Shown here piece by piece: positions 62,356 to 64,000 of a stretch of 64,000 nucleotides of DNA. Position numbers and translations under genes: made by a program. The notes under the pieces were generated by a model, which was not told the origin of the DNA, ran no database searches, and saw only the letters and a list, made by a program, of their open reading frames with translations. The stretch comes from an uncultured Acidobacteriaceae bacterium. GTDB taxonomy: Bacteria; Acidobacteriota; Terriglobia; Terriglobales; Acidobacteriaceae. The stretch is from assembly GCA_963794165.1 (NCBI GenBank), contig CAWCCT010000008.1:245054-309053 (forward strand). The letters are read 5' to 3'. The number at the start of each line of letters is the position of its first letter. The stretch's first letter is position 1.

Positions 62356-63531
62356 TCAGTAATCCTTGAGACAGATCGAATTTCCAATCTTGACCGGCAC
62401 TTCGATCATCATGTTCTTCCACGGCGTGTAAGGCAGTATCTTCCACATCTGGTTGCTCAGCCAGAGCCTAAAGCGTGTGCGCGGCACAAACCAGTCGGTT
62501 CCCCCATCTGCGATCCCCTGGCATTTCTGCACGAAATCCCGCATCAATCCTTCATATCTCTCGAAGGCCAACGCGTAGTCTCCCTCGGCCTCTGCCAGCT
62601 CGCCGGCGAGAACATACGCTCCCACCACCGCCATGCCAGTCCCCATTCCCGACAGTGGTGAGGCGCAGTACGCCGCGTCCCCGAGCAAAACGCTACGCCC
62701 CGAGGACCATCGCTTCATCTTCACCTGGCTGACCGAGTCGAAATAGAAGTCTGGCGCGGTTTCCATGAGCTCCAGCAGACGCGGCACCTCCCAACCTTCC
62801 TGCTGCAGATGATCGCGCAATATTCTCTTTTGCTGCTCCGTATCGCGGCGGTCGTAGTTGAGCGGCTCCGTGGCGAAAAAGAACGACGCTTTTGCGTCCC
62901 GTTGATCGCCACCACTGAAGATGCCGACCTTCTTGCCTAGCGTCCCGTAATACAATCCGCTGCGATCAAGGTCCAGATAGTTGGGAATCGTAAAGATCGA
63001 AACGTAATAGCCGAGGTAACGAACAAAGTTGGCCTCTTCGCCGAACGCGAGCGACCGCACCTTCGAATGCAACCCATCGGCTCCGGCCACAAGATCAAAC
63101 CTGCGCCTTCCACCGCTCTGGAACTGCACATCCACGCCTCCGTCCTTCTCCTCCATGCCGGCGATGCTGTCATCGAAGATGTACTCGGTCGTCGCCCGCG
63201 TAGCCTGGTGGAAGATTCCTGCCAGATCGCCGCGCAGGATCTCGAGCTCGCCACTGGTGAATCCATCCGGCATGCTCGCGACCTTGTTGTTATCCCGATC
63301 GACAATCGTGATCGCGCCGATACGAGTTTGCATCCGCTGCACTTCCGCCAGCAGTCCCATGCGTTCGAGCACGCGAATGGAGGCTCCACGAAAATCGACC
63401 GCGTAGCCGCCCGGACGCACCGTGGGCGCACGCTCCACAATCGTTGGTTGAAATCCATACCGGCTAAGCCAGTAGGCCAACGCCGGACCGGCTATGCTCG
63501 CCCCTGAAATCAGAACACTTTGATTTTTCAT
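62356..63531 (-). CDS. FAD-dependent monooxygenase
   Basis: ORF 62356..63576. I place the start at ATG 63531 (MKNQSVLISGASIAGPALAYWLSRYGFQPTIVERAP, a GxGxxG dinucleotide fold). GDAAYCASPLSGMGTGMA is the second FAD motif. Confidence 0.85.
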   Translation of the reverse strand: MKNQSVLISGASIAGPALAYWLSRYGFQPTIVERAPTVRPGGYAVDFRGASIRVLERMGLLAEVQRMQTRIGAITIVDRDNNKVASMPDGFTSGELEILRGDLAGIFHQATRATTEYIFDDSIAGMEEKDGGVDVQFQSGGRRRFDLVAGADGLHSKVRSLAFGEEANFVRYLGYYVSIFTIPNYLDLDRSGLYYGTLGKKVGIFSGGDQRDAKASFFFATEPLNYDRRDTEQQKRILRDHLQQEGWEVPRLLELMETAPDFYFDSVSQVKMKRWSSGRSVLLGDAAYCASPLSGMGTGMAVVGAYVLAGELAEAEGDYALAFERYEGLMRDFVQKCQGIADGGTDWFVPRTRFRLWLSNQMWKILPYTPWKNMMIEVPVKIGNSICLKDY

Positions 63532-63632
63532 GAAATAACCTCGCTTCCGCACGAATAGAACAATCGTCTCATACAAATGTACTACACGAATGTCTGGGAC
63601 AGGTGTACATCTCCTGCCAGTCCGCTGTGTAG

Positions 63633-63710
63633 CCCCGGACTTTTAGTCCGGGGGAGCGGGTTTTCAAACCCGCGGGAACGCTCGTTATATAAATTTCTGG
63701 GCTTTAGCCC
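63633..63710. repeat. three short GC-rich hairpins
   Basis: CCCCGGACttttaGTCCGGGG 63633-63653; GCGGGTTTtcAAACCCGC 63656-63673; GGGCtttaGCCC 63699-63710. Confidence 0.75.
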
Positions 63711-63819
63711 TGGTGGCTGCTTCTCAAGCGAATCAACAGTATGTCGAGGCCCGGAGGGGGCGGCCAAACATCAACCCAGCCCGGAAGAGTCTGTGTGAGA
63801 GCTTCTTGGATAAGATGAT

Positions 63820-63856
63820 GGGTGCCCCAGGTCTCGCTTTTGAGACCTGGGATCCT
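63820..63856. repeat. GGGTGCCCCAGGTCTCgcttttGAGACCTGGGATCC hairpin repeat
   Basis: Near-identical to 38178-38213. Confidence 0.75.
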
Positions 63857-64000
63857 CCACGCAAAGGCCGGACGACCAAATTGGAGAACTCTAACTTCGA
63901 GAAAGCCTCAGGTACTGATGTCACTCGATCGAATTCTCACGCACACTCTAAAGCCCAGATGGAATGTGCGCGAAAACTAGGGTCCGCCAGCATTTGCGTG

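Overview
High-GC bacterial chromosome segment; one ordinary coding line I counted was about 60% G+C. The gene content points strongly to Acidobacteria. There are three ~810-890-aa duplicated FtsX/MacB-type 'orphan' permeases (ADOP type) with no ABC ATPase nearby, and two PadR regulators. There is also a DUF3300/DUF2950 pair, and many intergenic patches of short GC-rich palindromic repeats.

I support about 50 protein-coding genes. I found no rRNA, tRNA, CRISPR array, transposase, integrase or phage gene. All domain calls rest on motifs I recognise by eye in the supplied translations; no search was run.

Main blocks:
- Three beta-lactamase-fold hydrolases, one of which has lost its catalytic SxxK motif.
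- A VOC-SpoIIE phosphatase fusion.
- A padR -> small membrane protein -> MFS -> ADOP gene string next to a vapBC module.
- A DUF3300 -> DUF2950 -> small secreted protein -> pseudo-beta-lactamase cluster.
- A NarL-type regulator, CheY and propeller histidine kinase cluster.
- A long same-strand cluster: lipoprotein, helical secreted protein, TolC, MFP, an oversized RND pump and HtrA. A 73-nt inverted repeat sits between the MFP and RND cistrons.
- A TetR-controlled NmrA/membrane-protein pair.
- A two-domain retropepsin-like protease divergent from two tandem ToxR/CadC-like transmembrane regulators, one of them frameshifted.
- An amino-acid permease coupled to a kynureninase.
- An AAC(3)/VOC/FAD-monooxygenase neighbourhood.

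The most unusual unexplained signal is a ~315-nt non-coding element present twice (56925-57240 and 58075-58386). It has no conserved ORF. Its stems tolerate their sequence differences only as G.U pairs on the plus strand, and a plus-strand terminator-like hairpin closes each copy. I read these as candidate paralogous structured RNAs or a shared regulatory module bracketing a VOC gene.

Other points worth follow-up:
- A perfect ATGT-N8-ACAT PadR-type box upstream of an ADOP gene that has no PadR of its own.
- A ~400-bp palindrome containing a C9 tract, inside a 1.1-kb gene-free repeat mosaic.
- Two frameshifted genes, both broken at short G/C runs, which may be assembly errors.
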